Below are positions 37,986 to 49,701 of a stretch of DNA of 64,000 nt, one piece after another. The notes beneath the pieces are model-generated. The model ran no database searches. It worked only from the letters and a program-made list of their open reading frames with translations, and was not told the DNA's origin. The stretch is from Chiloscyllium plagiosum (Eukaryota): contig NC_057718.1 of assembly GCF_004010195.1 (NCBI RefSeq), positions 85,495,625-85,559,624 of the forward strand, read 5' to 3'. The position numbers and the translations under genes were made by a program. Position 1 is the stretch's first letter; every line of letters starts with the position of its first letter.

Positions 37986-38894
37986 GCACCATATACCAAC
38001 GTATGCTACCTAACTTCTCATACCTTCCATGCCGACTGCTACTCCTACTTCTTGGCCTCAGACTCTTAAGGCCAACCTAAACTCTGTATCCACCTCATTT
38101 CCCCTCATACCTTCCAAAGCAACCTATGCCCCCAAGCCCAGTGGCCTTTATAGCTTCTGTGTTAACTTAGTGATAACTCAAGCTAAACCATATATCCCAC
38201 ACACCATATGTTGCCCTTACACCCTCCATATTGACTCAAGTAAAATGTTGATATAAAGTTTTTATTAATTACTATTTTGATTAAAAATCATTTCAATTGT
38301 GAATATCTGTTCACTACATTTAAATTCCTTCTACCACTTTATCACTTGTAAAACCAGGCATTTTTAATAATTGCCTCACATCAAAGTCTTGATAATTGCT
38401 TGAAACTGTTAATCAAACTGTAAACTTACCCCTCTGTACAAATAATAAGTGAGTTGTGTAGCACAAATTACATAATGATGCCATAACAGTTTGACAATTT
38501 AATAAATGTATACACTTTTATTATGCAGACTGACATTTACTCTTAACAAACCCAAATGGCACTTTACCTCTTCCAAAGAACATCTAACCACTCCCAAAAA
38601 CGTCCCTGGATGTATCCAAAAAGTTGCCTTCTCTCTTTAAAAGGGCATCCTATCTTTCCAAAGAACTGCAATACATTTAGACCTTGTCCTGAATTTTTAA
38701 CATCCACATATTGTGACTTGGACATCCCATGAACAAAAATTGGATCCGTTCAAACACAGCTGCAATATTAACACCAAATATGCAGTTTGCCTCCATAAAC
38801 TACAGGCTTGCAGTATAGAACAGCAGCAGACAATTCAGCCTGTGAAGCCTGTTTGCCATTCAGTACAATTGTGGCACATGGAACACTTCATTGC

Positions 38895-41800
38895 GAGCAT
38901 GGTTTTATGAAGACAAAATCCTGTTAACTAATTTGGTAGGGTTCTTCAAAGATATAAAAAGTTAAGTAGATAAATGGGAAATCCTATGGATGTATATCTG
39001 GAAAGCAGTTGATAAGGTGCTGCAAAATACATTAATAGAGTTAATTTATTAGCTTGGCTAGAGGCTTGGCTAACCAACAGAAAGCAGAGTCAGAATAAAT
39101 GTGTCTTTTTCAGGTTGCCAAGATCTAACTAGTGCCACAGAGTTTTGTCCTTGGGCCGCAACTATTTACAATGTGCATTAATTACTTTTATGCAGGGATA
39201 GAAGGTACGAAAGCTAAACTTGCAGATGACACTAAAATAGATAGAAAAGTATGTTGCAGTAAAGAAATGAAAAAAAATTACAAATGGATATTTGTAGGTT
39301 AGGTGAATGGGCCAAAATTTGGCATGTGGTGTTCAACATGGATAAATGGGAGGTTATTCATTTTGGACAGAAGAATAGAAAAAAACCTCATTATCTAAAT
39401 GGAGGGAAAGCCCAGAATGCTTTGTTGAGAGGGACCTGGGTGTTCTAGTGCATGAAAACTAGTACAGCAGGTAATAAAGAAGGCAAATGGAATTTTGGCA
39501 TTTATGGCTAAAAGAATAGTGTATTAAAGCAGGGAAGTGTTGCTGCAATTGTACAAAGCATTAGTAAAACCGCACCTGGTGTACTGCATGCGGTTTTGGT
39601 CCTCTCACTTGAGGAGGGATGTAGTTGCATTGGAAGCAGTGCAGAGAAAATTGACTAGATAGACAAGGTAGATAAAAATCATCTATTTCCACTGGTTGAA
39701 GATTCTAGAACCAGGGTGCATAGTCTAAGAATTATAGCCAGACCATTCAGGAGAGAGGTTAAAAAGGACTTCTACATGCAAAGAGTTGGAACTTTCTTCC
39801 TCAAATGGTGGTCAATGTTAATTCTATTAAATTTAAATCTAAGATAGACATTTTTTATTCAACAAGAATATTGGATCAAGGCAGGCTTATGAGATTAGGC
39901 CATAGATCTGCCCATGAACTTACTGAATGGTGGAGAAGGCTCAAGGGGCTGAATAGCATAGTCCTGTTCCTATGTTCTTAGAGTTCCAGAGATGAGGGTT
40001 TGACTGATGAAGAGAAATTGAGCGGTTTGGACATATTTTCTCAAACATTTCAAAGAATAAGAGGAGATCTAATAGACGTATGCAAGATGCAGAGGGAGGA
40101 GAAATTATCCCTCTCAAAAACATCATGAATCTGCGGAATTCACTACCTCAGAGTGGGGCGGATGCTGAGACACTGAGTAACTTTAAGGTGGAGACAGATT
40201 TTTGATTAGTAAAAGATTGAAGGATTATGGAGAGTAGGCAAGAAAGTGAAGTTTAGGACAAGATGAATTCAGATGTGATTGTATTGAATAGTGGGGGGAC
40301 CTAAGGAGCAAATCTTTCACATAAAGGGTAGTGTAGGAGTAGAAGCAGGCCAATTAGCTATCAAGCAGGCCAATTAGCTATTCCCATTCATGAGTGGGAA
40401 TCTAGGGAAGACATTGGGAGGCCCCTAGCAGAAATATTTGTATTATGTAGAGACGTGGGTGAGTTGCCGGAGGACTGGAGGATGGCTAATGGTGTGCCTT
40501 TAATTAAGAAAGGATACAAGGAGAAGTCTGAGAACTATAGCCTGGAACTATAGAACATACGTCTAACTTCAGTGTTGGATAAGTTATTGGAGGGGATTCT
40601 GAGAGGTAGTATTTATGGAGGCAAGGATTAATTCAGGATAGTCGGCATATATTCGTGCATGGGAAATGGTTTCTCACAAATTGAGTTTTTTGAGAGCAAA
40701 GTGGTAAATGGACTTTAGTTTGGATAAATGTGAGGTGTTGCATTTTGATAAGATGAACAAGGGCAGGACTTATACAGTTAATGGTCGGGCTCTGGTGGAG
40801 CGTTGTTGAAAAGAGAGACCTAGGGCTTCAGTTACATAGCTCTTTAAAAGTTGCATCACAGGTAGACAGGTGGTAAAGAAGGCATTTGGCACATTTGCCT
40901 TCGTTGCTCAGACCATAAAGTATAGGAATTGGGACGTGATGTTGCGATTGTACGGACATTGGTGAGGCCACATTTGGAGTACGGTGTACAGTTCTGGTTA
41001 CTCTGCCACAAAAAGGATATCACTAAATTGGAGAGGGTGCAGAAAAGATTTTACAAGGATATTACCATGACTGGAGGGTTTGAGATACAAGGAGAAGCTG
41101 CATAAGCTGGGACTTGTTTAACTGGAGCATAAGAGGTTAAGGGGTGACTTTATAGATGTATATAAAATCATGAGGGGCATAGATCAGGTGAATAGCAAAG
41201 GTCTTTTTCCCGAGGTTAGGGGAGTTCAAAACTAAAGGGTATAATTTTAAGGTAAGAGGGGCGGGATTTAAAAGGGATCTGAGGGGCAACTTTTTCACAC
41301 AGATGGTGGCTTGTATGTGGAATAAACTGCCTGAGGAAGTGGTAGATGCAGGTACAGTTACAACATTTAAAAGACATTTTGACAGGTACATGAATAGGAA
41401 AGGTTTAGAGGGATAACCGTCAAATGTAGGCAAATGGGAACTAGTTTAGTTTGGGAAACTTGGAAGTCATGGATGTGTTGAACTGAAGCGCCTGTTTCTG
41501 TGCTGTATGACATCATGACTCTGAGATCATGGCTGATCTCATAATTCTCCATTCCATTTTCTTGCCTTTTCCCCATAACCCTTGATTCCCTTTCTTCAAA
41601 GTTCTCCAAATTTGCATTGGATAGGCATATGGAGGATAGTGGGCTAGTGTAGGTTAGGTGGGCTTGGATCGGCGCAACATCGAGGGCCAAAGGGCCTTTA
41701 CTGCCCTGTATTCTTCTATGTTCTATAACACAGGCCAAGTTTGTCCATTCTGTCTTCATAGGACAGTTCCGCCATCCCAGGAACAAGTCAGGTAAGAAGA

Positions 41801-42350
41801 CTACAAGTGTACACTGTACTCCAGGTGCAATGCAACCTAGACTCTGTACAACTGAAGCAAAACTTAACTTCTCTTGTACTCAAATCTTCTTGCAATTAAA
41901 GCTAACATTTGATTAGCTTTCCTAATAGCTAGCTGTAGTTGCATGTTAACCTTATTGACAAGCACACCTAAGTGCCTTTGTACATCTACACTTAGCAACC
42001 TCTCACCATTTAGGCAATACTCTGCATGTCTTTTCCTCCTCCCAAAGTAAATGACTTCACAGTTTTTCCACATTGTATTCAATTTGCCATGTCCTAGCCA
42101 TTTCACTCAGTCTCCCCAAATTTTCCTGATGGCATTTTATGTCATCCTCATAACACACATTCTGACTTAGCTTTGTATTATCTGCAAATTTCAAAATATT
42201 ACATTTGGTCCCCAACTCCAAATCATTGATATTGTGAACATCTGGGCTCAACTACAGATCCTGTACCTGACTTGAAACAGCATGCCAATATGAGAATGGC
42301 CTAGTTATTTCTACTCTCTATTTTCAGTTTGTTAGTCAATCACTAATCCA
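38895..42350. mobile_element. Cluster of old CR1-type LINE fragments (plus ~38895-41520, minus ~41520-42350)
   Basis: Repeated RT and 3'-end remnants (ADDTK, YCxQFW, FFTQ..VWN). Confidence 0.8.
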
Positions 42351-42779
42351 GTACCTCTCATTACATATTTTTCTAACAAACCCCCGAGGGACCCACCCAT
42401 ATTCTCTCTCATCTTCCAGTGAAAATGTCAGGTACCAGATCTGGGGACTGGACTTTTGGAATTGAAGTTCTGATGCTACATTGGCTGAGCTGGAGAACCT
42501 CTCTGTATATCTGAAAGTTCAGGCTTGTAACAGTGAGAGCTTGACAGCATTTTAGAATCAGAAAAGGATTTGACTGACTACACTATGCTTTGCCTCATTG
42601 AGGGGAAACATAATGCATTTCTGTTTTGTTGGGGTGTTTGCTAGCAAGAGAGTGAGGAAATAAGAGGATGGGTCGGAAATGCTCATGTTAGTGTTGCAAC
42701 CTCAACATCAGTTACCTTTCTGATTAAGTTAAAAATCGCACAACACCAGGTTATAGTCCAACAGGTTTAATTGGAAGCA

Positions 42780-42814
42780 CACTAGCTTTCGGAACGACGC
42801 TTCTTCATCAGGTG
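42780..42814 (-). ncRNA. Minimal type I hammerhead ribozyme motif
   Basis: Minus strand reads cac-CUGAUGA-a-gaagc-guc-guucc-GAAA-gc-UA-gug. Core intact, stem I cac/gug, stem II imperfect, palindromic AGCU in place of stem III. Confidence 0.7.
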
Positions 42815-43934
42815 ATTGTGGAGGACTCGATTGTAACACAGAATTTCTAGCAAAAAATTTGCAGTGTGATGTAACTGAAATTATACATTGAAAAATTGAT
42901 TGTCTGTTAAGCCTTTCATCAGTTAGAATACAGTGATAGTTTCACTTCTTTCATGTGTAAATCACAAAACCCTTTTTTTAAAAGTTGCACTCTCGGGTTA
43001 GCTGTTAACAATGGTGATANNNNNNNNNNNNNNNNNNNNNNNNNNNNNNNNNNNNNNNNNNNNNNNNNNNNNNNNNNNNNNNNNNNNNNNNNNNNNNNNN
43101 NNNNNNNNNNNNNNNNNNNNNNNNNNNNNNNNNNNNNNNNNNNNNNNNNNNNNNNNNNNNNNNNNNNNNNNNNNNNNNNNNNNNNNNNNNNNNNNNNNNN
43201 NNNNNNNNNNNNNNNNNNNNNNNNNNNNNNNNNNNNNNNNNNNNNNNNNNNNNNNNNNNNNNNNNNNNNNNNNNNNNNNNNNNNNNNNNNNNNNNNNNNN
43301 NNNNNNNNNNNNNNNNNNNNNNNNNNNNNNNNNNNNNNNNNNNNNNNNNNNNNNNNNNNNNNNNNNNNNNNNNNNNNNNNNNNNNNNNNNNNNNNNNNNN
43401 NNNNNNNNNNNNNNNNNNNNNNNNNNNNNNNNNNNNNNNNNNNNNNNNNNNNNNNNNNNNNNNNNNNNNNNNNNNNNNNNNNNNNNNNNNNNNNNNNNNN
43501 NNNNNNNNNNNNNNNNNNNNNNNNNNNNNNNNNNNNNNNNNNNNNNNNNNNNNNNNNNNNNNNNNNNNNNNNNNNNNNNNNNNNNNNNNNNNNNNNNNNN
43601 NNNNNNNNNNNNNNNNNNNNNNNNNNNNNNNNNNNNNNNNNNNNNNNNNNNNNNNNNNNNNNNNNNNNNNNNNNNNNNNNNNNNNNNNNNNNNNNNNNNN
43701 NNNNNNNNNNNNNNNNNNNNNNNNNNNNNNNNNNNNNNNNNNNNNNNNNNNNNNNNNNNNNNNNNNNNNNNNNNNNNNNNNNNNNNNNTTTACACATGAA
43801 AGTAGTGAAACTATCACTGTATTCTAACAGATGAAAGGCTTAACAGGCAATCAATTTTTCAATGTATAATTTCAGTTACATCACACTGCAAATTTTTGCT
43901 ATAAATTCTGTGTTACGATCGAGCCCTCCACAAT

Positions 43935-43969
43935 CACCTGATGAAGGAGCGTCGCTCCAAAAGCTAGTG
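43935..43969 (+). ncRNA. Minimal type I hammerhead ribozyme motif, G12 mutated
   Basis: cac-CTGATGA-a-GGAGC-gtc-GCTCC-AAAA-gc-TA-gtg. Perfect stem II, but GAAA is changed to AAAA. Confidence 0.6.
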
Positions 43970-45004
43970 TGCTTCCAATTAAACCTGTTGGACTATAACC
44001 TGGTGTTGTGTGATTTTTAACTTTGTACACCCCAGTCCAACACCGGCATCTCCAAATCATGACTTTCTGATTAAAGAATACATACACAATGGGGATGGTG
44101 CAATGGAGATGATATCAAAGGATTTAACAGTCAGGAAAAGATTAAGGAATTGATTGCATAGAAGAGAGTTTTAATAGGGTTGGCATTAAAAACACATATG
44201 TATTTGTGGGGATCTGAAACTAGGGACCATAAGAAAGAAAGTTATTAGTAAATCCAATAAAAAATCAGGAAAAACTTAACTTGAAGAATGGGGAAGATGT
44301 GGAATACATTACCTCATAGAATGTTTCAGATGATTAGCAGCAAAGCATTCAAGGAGGAGAAAGATAAGTATAGAAGGAAGAAATGAATGGACGGATACGC
44401 TGATAGGGTGAGATTAAGCAAGGAGAAGGTTTGTGTGGTGTTTAAGTATGGACAGAGACGCAGTGAGCCAAAGTCTGTTCCTGTGTTATGAATTTTATTA
44501 ATTCCAACTAAACTCGTGTTATTTTACACAAACTTAAATATATATTATTTTTAATGACAGAAAGTTGCAATTTACTATGCTGAAAAAAACTAAACTGTTT
44601 GCAGCCTAGTTTCCTCATTTTTTATTAGATATCTTTTTACACACACTAAGTGGAATGATAGCTATCAGTGCTGGTGTGTGGTCTGGCTCGAGTTAGAATC
44701 CAGTCAGCAAAATCTCTCCACACTTGACAGAAAGTAAGCAGTTTTTTAAAAAAAAGAAAACAACTTTCCTGTGGGTTGATAGTGATGTTGAACTTATTGG
44801 ATATGATTAGGATTGGGTGGTGCAGTAGTTTAGAACACTATCTTCAAGTTGAGCTCACAGTGATGGAGAGAAGAGCACGCTGTTTTTAACAGCAGTGACT
44901 CTTTCTTAATATCTATCGATTTTTCAAAGTGTCTATTGAGTTATGTTGCTTCTTTTCAGCATTTGTTGGTGTATTATAGATGATGTATGCAAAAGCTAGA
45001 CACA

Positions 45005-46980
45005 CAAGCATAGAATCATACAATATGGAAACACACTCTTCGGTCCAACCATGTTCCCAAACTAAGCTAGTCCTACTTGCCTGCATTTCACCCCATCACT
45101 CCAAACATTTCTTATTCATGTACTTATCTGAATGTGTTTTAAATGTTGTAATTGTACCCATATCCTCCACTTCCTCTGGAGGTTCATTCCAGCCACGAAC
45201 AATACTCTGTGAAAAAAATTGCCCATCATGTCTGTTTAAATTCTGTTTCCTCTCACATTAAAAATATGCCCCCTAATCATAGAGTCATAGAGATGTACAA
45301 TATGGAAACAGACCCCTCGGTCCAACCCGTCCATGCCGACCAGATATCCCAACCCAATCTAGTTCCACCTGCCAGCACCCGGGCCCATATCCCTTCAAAC
45401 CCTTCCTATTCATATACCCATCCAAATGCCTCTTAAATGTTGTAATACTACCAGCCTCCACCACTTCCTCTGGCAGCTCATTCCATTCCCGTATCATCAT
45501 CTGTGTGAAAAAGTTGCCCCGTAGGTCTCTTTTATATTTTTCCCCTCTCACCCTAAACCTATGCCCTCTAGTTCTGGACTCCCCGACACCAGGGAAAAGA
45601 CTTTGCCTATTTATCCTATCCATGCCCCTCATAATTTTGTAAACCTCTATAAGGTCACCCCTCAGCCTCCGACNNNNNNNNNNNNNNNNNNNNNNNNNNN
45701 NNNNNNNNNNNNNNNNNNNNNNNNNNNNNNNNNNNNNNNNNNNNNNNNNNNNNNNNNNNNNNNNNNNNNNNNNNNNNNNNNNNNNNNNNNNNNNNNNNTA
45801 AGTCCTGCTAAGATTTGCTTTCCCAAAATGCAGCACCTTGCATTTATCTAAATTAAACTCAATCTGTCACTTCTCAGCCCATTGGCCCATCTGGTCCAGA
45901 TCCTGTTGTAATCTGAGGTAACCCTCTTCACTGTCCACTACACCTCCAATTTTGGTGTCATCTGCAAACTTACTAACTGTACCTCTTATGCTCGCATCCA
46001 AGTCATTTATGTAAATGACAAAAAGTAGAGGACCCAGCACTGTTCCTTGTGGCACTCCACTGGTCACAGACCTCCAGTCTGAAAAACAACCCTCCACCAC
46101 TACCAACCTCTGTCTTCTACCTTTGAGCCAGTTCCGTATCCAAATGCCTAGTTCTCCCTGTATTCCATGAGATCTAACCTTGCTAATCAGTCTCCCATGG
46201 GGAGCCTTGTCGAACACCTTACTGATCTGCCACCCTAGGGAAAAGACACCTCATGATTTTATAAATCTCAACAAGGTCACCCCTCAACCTCATTGAACGA
46301 GAATGAATTTGACAAATTATAATGGGTAAAATGACAAAATATCAGTGAAAGATGTTCAAAAGGTAATTTTTGTGATATAGAAGCAGTTACTATCCTTAGA
46401 GGCAAGAGCTCTATTTCCAAAAAATTAACAAGACAACTAAAGCGATAAAAGACAAAATAAAACTGTACAAAAAGGCATAAAAAATACTAAATAAAGCAGA
46501 TCTTGACAGTAAGAGCAATAAAAAGGGATTATGAGAAAGGAACTTTCATAGAAAATCAACACAAAAACCTTAAAGGTAGTAAATAGAGATTAAGAAATAG
46601 TGGACATGTTGAATAATTTTTTGCATCTGCATTTACAGGAGAGAAAAAAAGTTAGCATGCTACATATGGTGAGGAAACTAAATCAGAGACAGATATCTGC
46701 CACATTAAGCAAGATATCTATTGAGGAAAATTAATGACACTAAAAGTGGCAGAAATTAGAAGAAGCAGATGAATTGCATCCAAGGGTTTAAAGGAAGAGG
46801 TAAGAGCATTTGTAAAAATCCTAACTGTAATCTTACAAAGTTCTCAGGATTCAGGAACTGTCCTTTTAAATTCAAAAATTACATATGCTATGTGCTTTTT
46901 CTAAAAAAAAAGGTGAAAGAGCAAAACCAGAGAATGGAAGATGAGCAAGCCTAACATCTGTTGTCAGGTAAATTCTGTGG
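45005..46980. mobile_element. CR1-type fragments (young minus copy ~45277-46225, older flanking pieces)
   Basis: ORFs 45285-45836 and 45867-46217 (-) with [26 protein letters not shown]. Confidence 0.85.
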
Positions 46981-48910
46981 CTGGGATTTTCCAATTTTTC
47001 ATTCAGTATGGGGATGGGCACCTTTAACATCCCCTCACCAGCAGCACCACAATGACCACCACTACCTGTCAGATCAAGTGCCAATCAAGCACTGAGGTGG
47101 TCATGTCAAGGATGGGGTCCTCAGTCAAACAGATTGCTGTAACTAAAACTGCGAGCCAATTAGAGGTGAGCAGCTAATGTGAGGAGCAACATGACTTCAG
47201 GTGGTTCAGGCTGCTGGCTGCACAGCAGCACTGAAGACCGGAAACAACAGGAAAAAGGGAAAATTGCAATTTGGGAGTAACAAAGATCGGGGTCAGAAGA
47301 AAGGACAGGGAATGGCTTTCAGTGGTCAACTCCCTGCTTTCCCATTTCTGCCCTCAATCACTCCCAGACTCGGGCAACCTGATATTCCCCCGTAAAAGTG
47401 ATGATTAAATATATTAATGTATTAAAAGGATGAGAAAGCAACTATCTAGTGAAACTCTTCATTAATGAGACAAATATGTATAAACTCCTTTTCAATAGGA
47501 TAATAGATAAACACCTGTGCAATACGACAGTCAGAAGTAAATTTACTGTTAAAAGTCATTATCTACAAAACCATAATATGTAAACTAACACACAGATCTT
47601 AAAAGTAGGACAGTAACATACAATCTGACAGCTGTCCTCTTTATCAAATAGAACAGTGAGATGTAAACTCACTTCAAAATAATAATAACAGATAAACTGA
47701 CAACCAAAGTCCACATCAGTAGGATAATAACTAGCAAAACCTGCAGGAAATTACCCATTAATGGAACAGTAACAAGTAAACCTACCAATAACACATCCAT
47801 CAATAAAACAGGAGTGAGTCAAATCAACATGAACCTGGCAGGGAGGCTGCCCTGTTTTACCAGTTAGAAAAGCTGCAACGTAGCTCATCTGCCAGATTAG
47901 ACAGTTAATCGGGCCAGGTCAAATATCATTTGAAACAAATGTCAAAAAAAAATATAAAGTAAAAACTTGAAGTGATGGGGATACTCAGCAGGTCAGGCAG
48001 TATCTGCAAAGAAGAGAGAGTTATGTTTCAGGTCAATGACTTCTCAACAAAATTTGAAACAATTTGGCTGACCGTGTCAAGCTTTACTAATTCAGGGACC
48101 TTGCTTTACGTAAATTAATTTTGTATCAACTCTATACAAAAACAATGTAAAAATATAAAAGTTCAGCTGTATATGCCCTATTAATTATTTATTTAATTTA
48201 TGTAACTTTGCTATTTATGTTTATTTTGATAAGTTACTGTTTCCCTACACTATAATAGTGAATACATTTTAAAATTCTATATTGGTTGTAAAGCAGTTTG
48301 GAATGACTGTAGCAGTGAAAGATGTCATACAAATCAATTTTTTCTGTTCATTAAAATAAATAACACACTGAATATGCAAGATAAGTTGCAACTCTACCTC
48401 AAAACAAACAATCCTTTACCACTCAGGACTTGTAAATTGGAATTCATATTTGCATGAATGCATCAGCTAAGCACAGTGATAAAATCAATTAGTGACTCAA
48501 TTACAAACGCAGACACTTCTTTCGCTTTCTCTGATATAAAGGTACCTGCTAGAGGTGAAATTCTCATTAATAAGGCACATGCAGCCAAACATGTATATTT
48601 TTACATTATTTTTGTGTAGAGTTGATATAAAATTATAAAATGGAAAAGCTATGTCAAGATAATACTCTTGGAAAAGCCTGACTTTTCATTCTCATATTCT
48701 TATCAGCAATATTGAGAAAAGGTTTTAAGAAAGGGAAATCACATCTGATTAATTTATTAGATTTTTTGGGGCAGTCTCATTCAGAGTGGTTAGAGGGGAA
48801 CCAGTAGATGCTTTGTATTTGGACTTCCAGAAGACATTCGAAAGGTGCCTCACAAAGGTTAGTCATAAGATAAGAACCCATGGATGGAGGCAGTATATTG
48901 GCATGGATAG

Positions 48911-49701
48911 TGTTACGTTGCGGAGGTCGAAACCAAATACCCAGAAAAGCTCGCCTTGCTTTGTAATCTGTTAAAATGTGAGTGACAGATAACTCTTAAT
49001 TTCCACGAAAGAAAAAACTAACAATTTACTTTCCTATCTCTAATAGTGAACGCTAATCAATATACAATTAACAAATCCAACCCCCCCGCTTTGTTCTTGA
49101 CTATTTATTATCTGACGCCAACTCTATATTAAAAAAAATGATGTTCCAAAACACAGTACATTAACTTAATTTCAAGACCACACAGTCTTTGTCTTCTCTG
49201 TGGTCTTCAATCTTCTGTCTGTTGATTATCCTGGGTTATCTTCCTTCTTTTTTGCTGCGAGTATGTTTTACATGAAAAGGCACCTTTGATAGAGAGTGTT
49301 TTCTAATTTTCTATGAGAGCAAGATTTTAGATGGGCAGTTAGCTCTCCAGCTCGATAGCAGTTGCTTGGCTGATTGACGGCAGTTGCTCTCTGACCAATT
49401 ATCAAAATGCCCATGTTTTTTATACCACCCCCAATGTTGTCAAAACAATAAATTTAAACCAGATTCGGTTTTAGTATCCAGGGCATAGTTTAAAATAATT
49501 GGTTAAATTTGAATTGTTGTCAAAACATCAACCAACACTCAGGTATCAATTTAACAGCCAATTGTTACATGTATCTATTTTGGAACAGCATGTCTCCAAC
49601 CTTTCCATTTGGGCAGCTGAGCCTGTACTTTCAAATACAAAATGTTTTCTGAATATTGATGTAAATTTAAAATGAACATACATGCTTTCGACTTCGTAAC
49701 A
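48911..49701 (-). repeat. 3' LTR
   Basis: TG..CA inverted termini; homologous to 56492-57299. Confidence 0.9.

Larger units (their letters stand above)
42728..44062. mobile_element. Young Penelope-derived element with inverted arms (interior in gap)
   Basis: 42728-42962 is inverted at 43789-44021. TSD ctttctgattaa at 42716-42727 and 44063-44074. Same family as 21668-22915. Confidence 0.88.

Noticed and set aside
40342..40381. 20-bp tandem duplication aagcaggccaattagctat
   Set aside because: Ordinary slippage duplication in decayed repeat sequence.
44620..44740. Short exon-like frames on both strands (e.g. WRDFADWILTRARP on minus)
   Set aside because: Too short, no recognisable homology and no partner exons.
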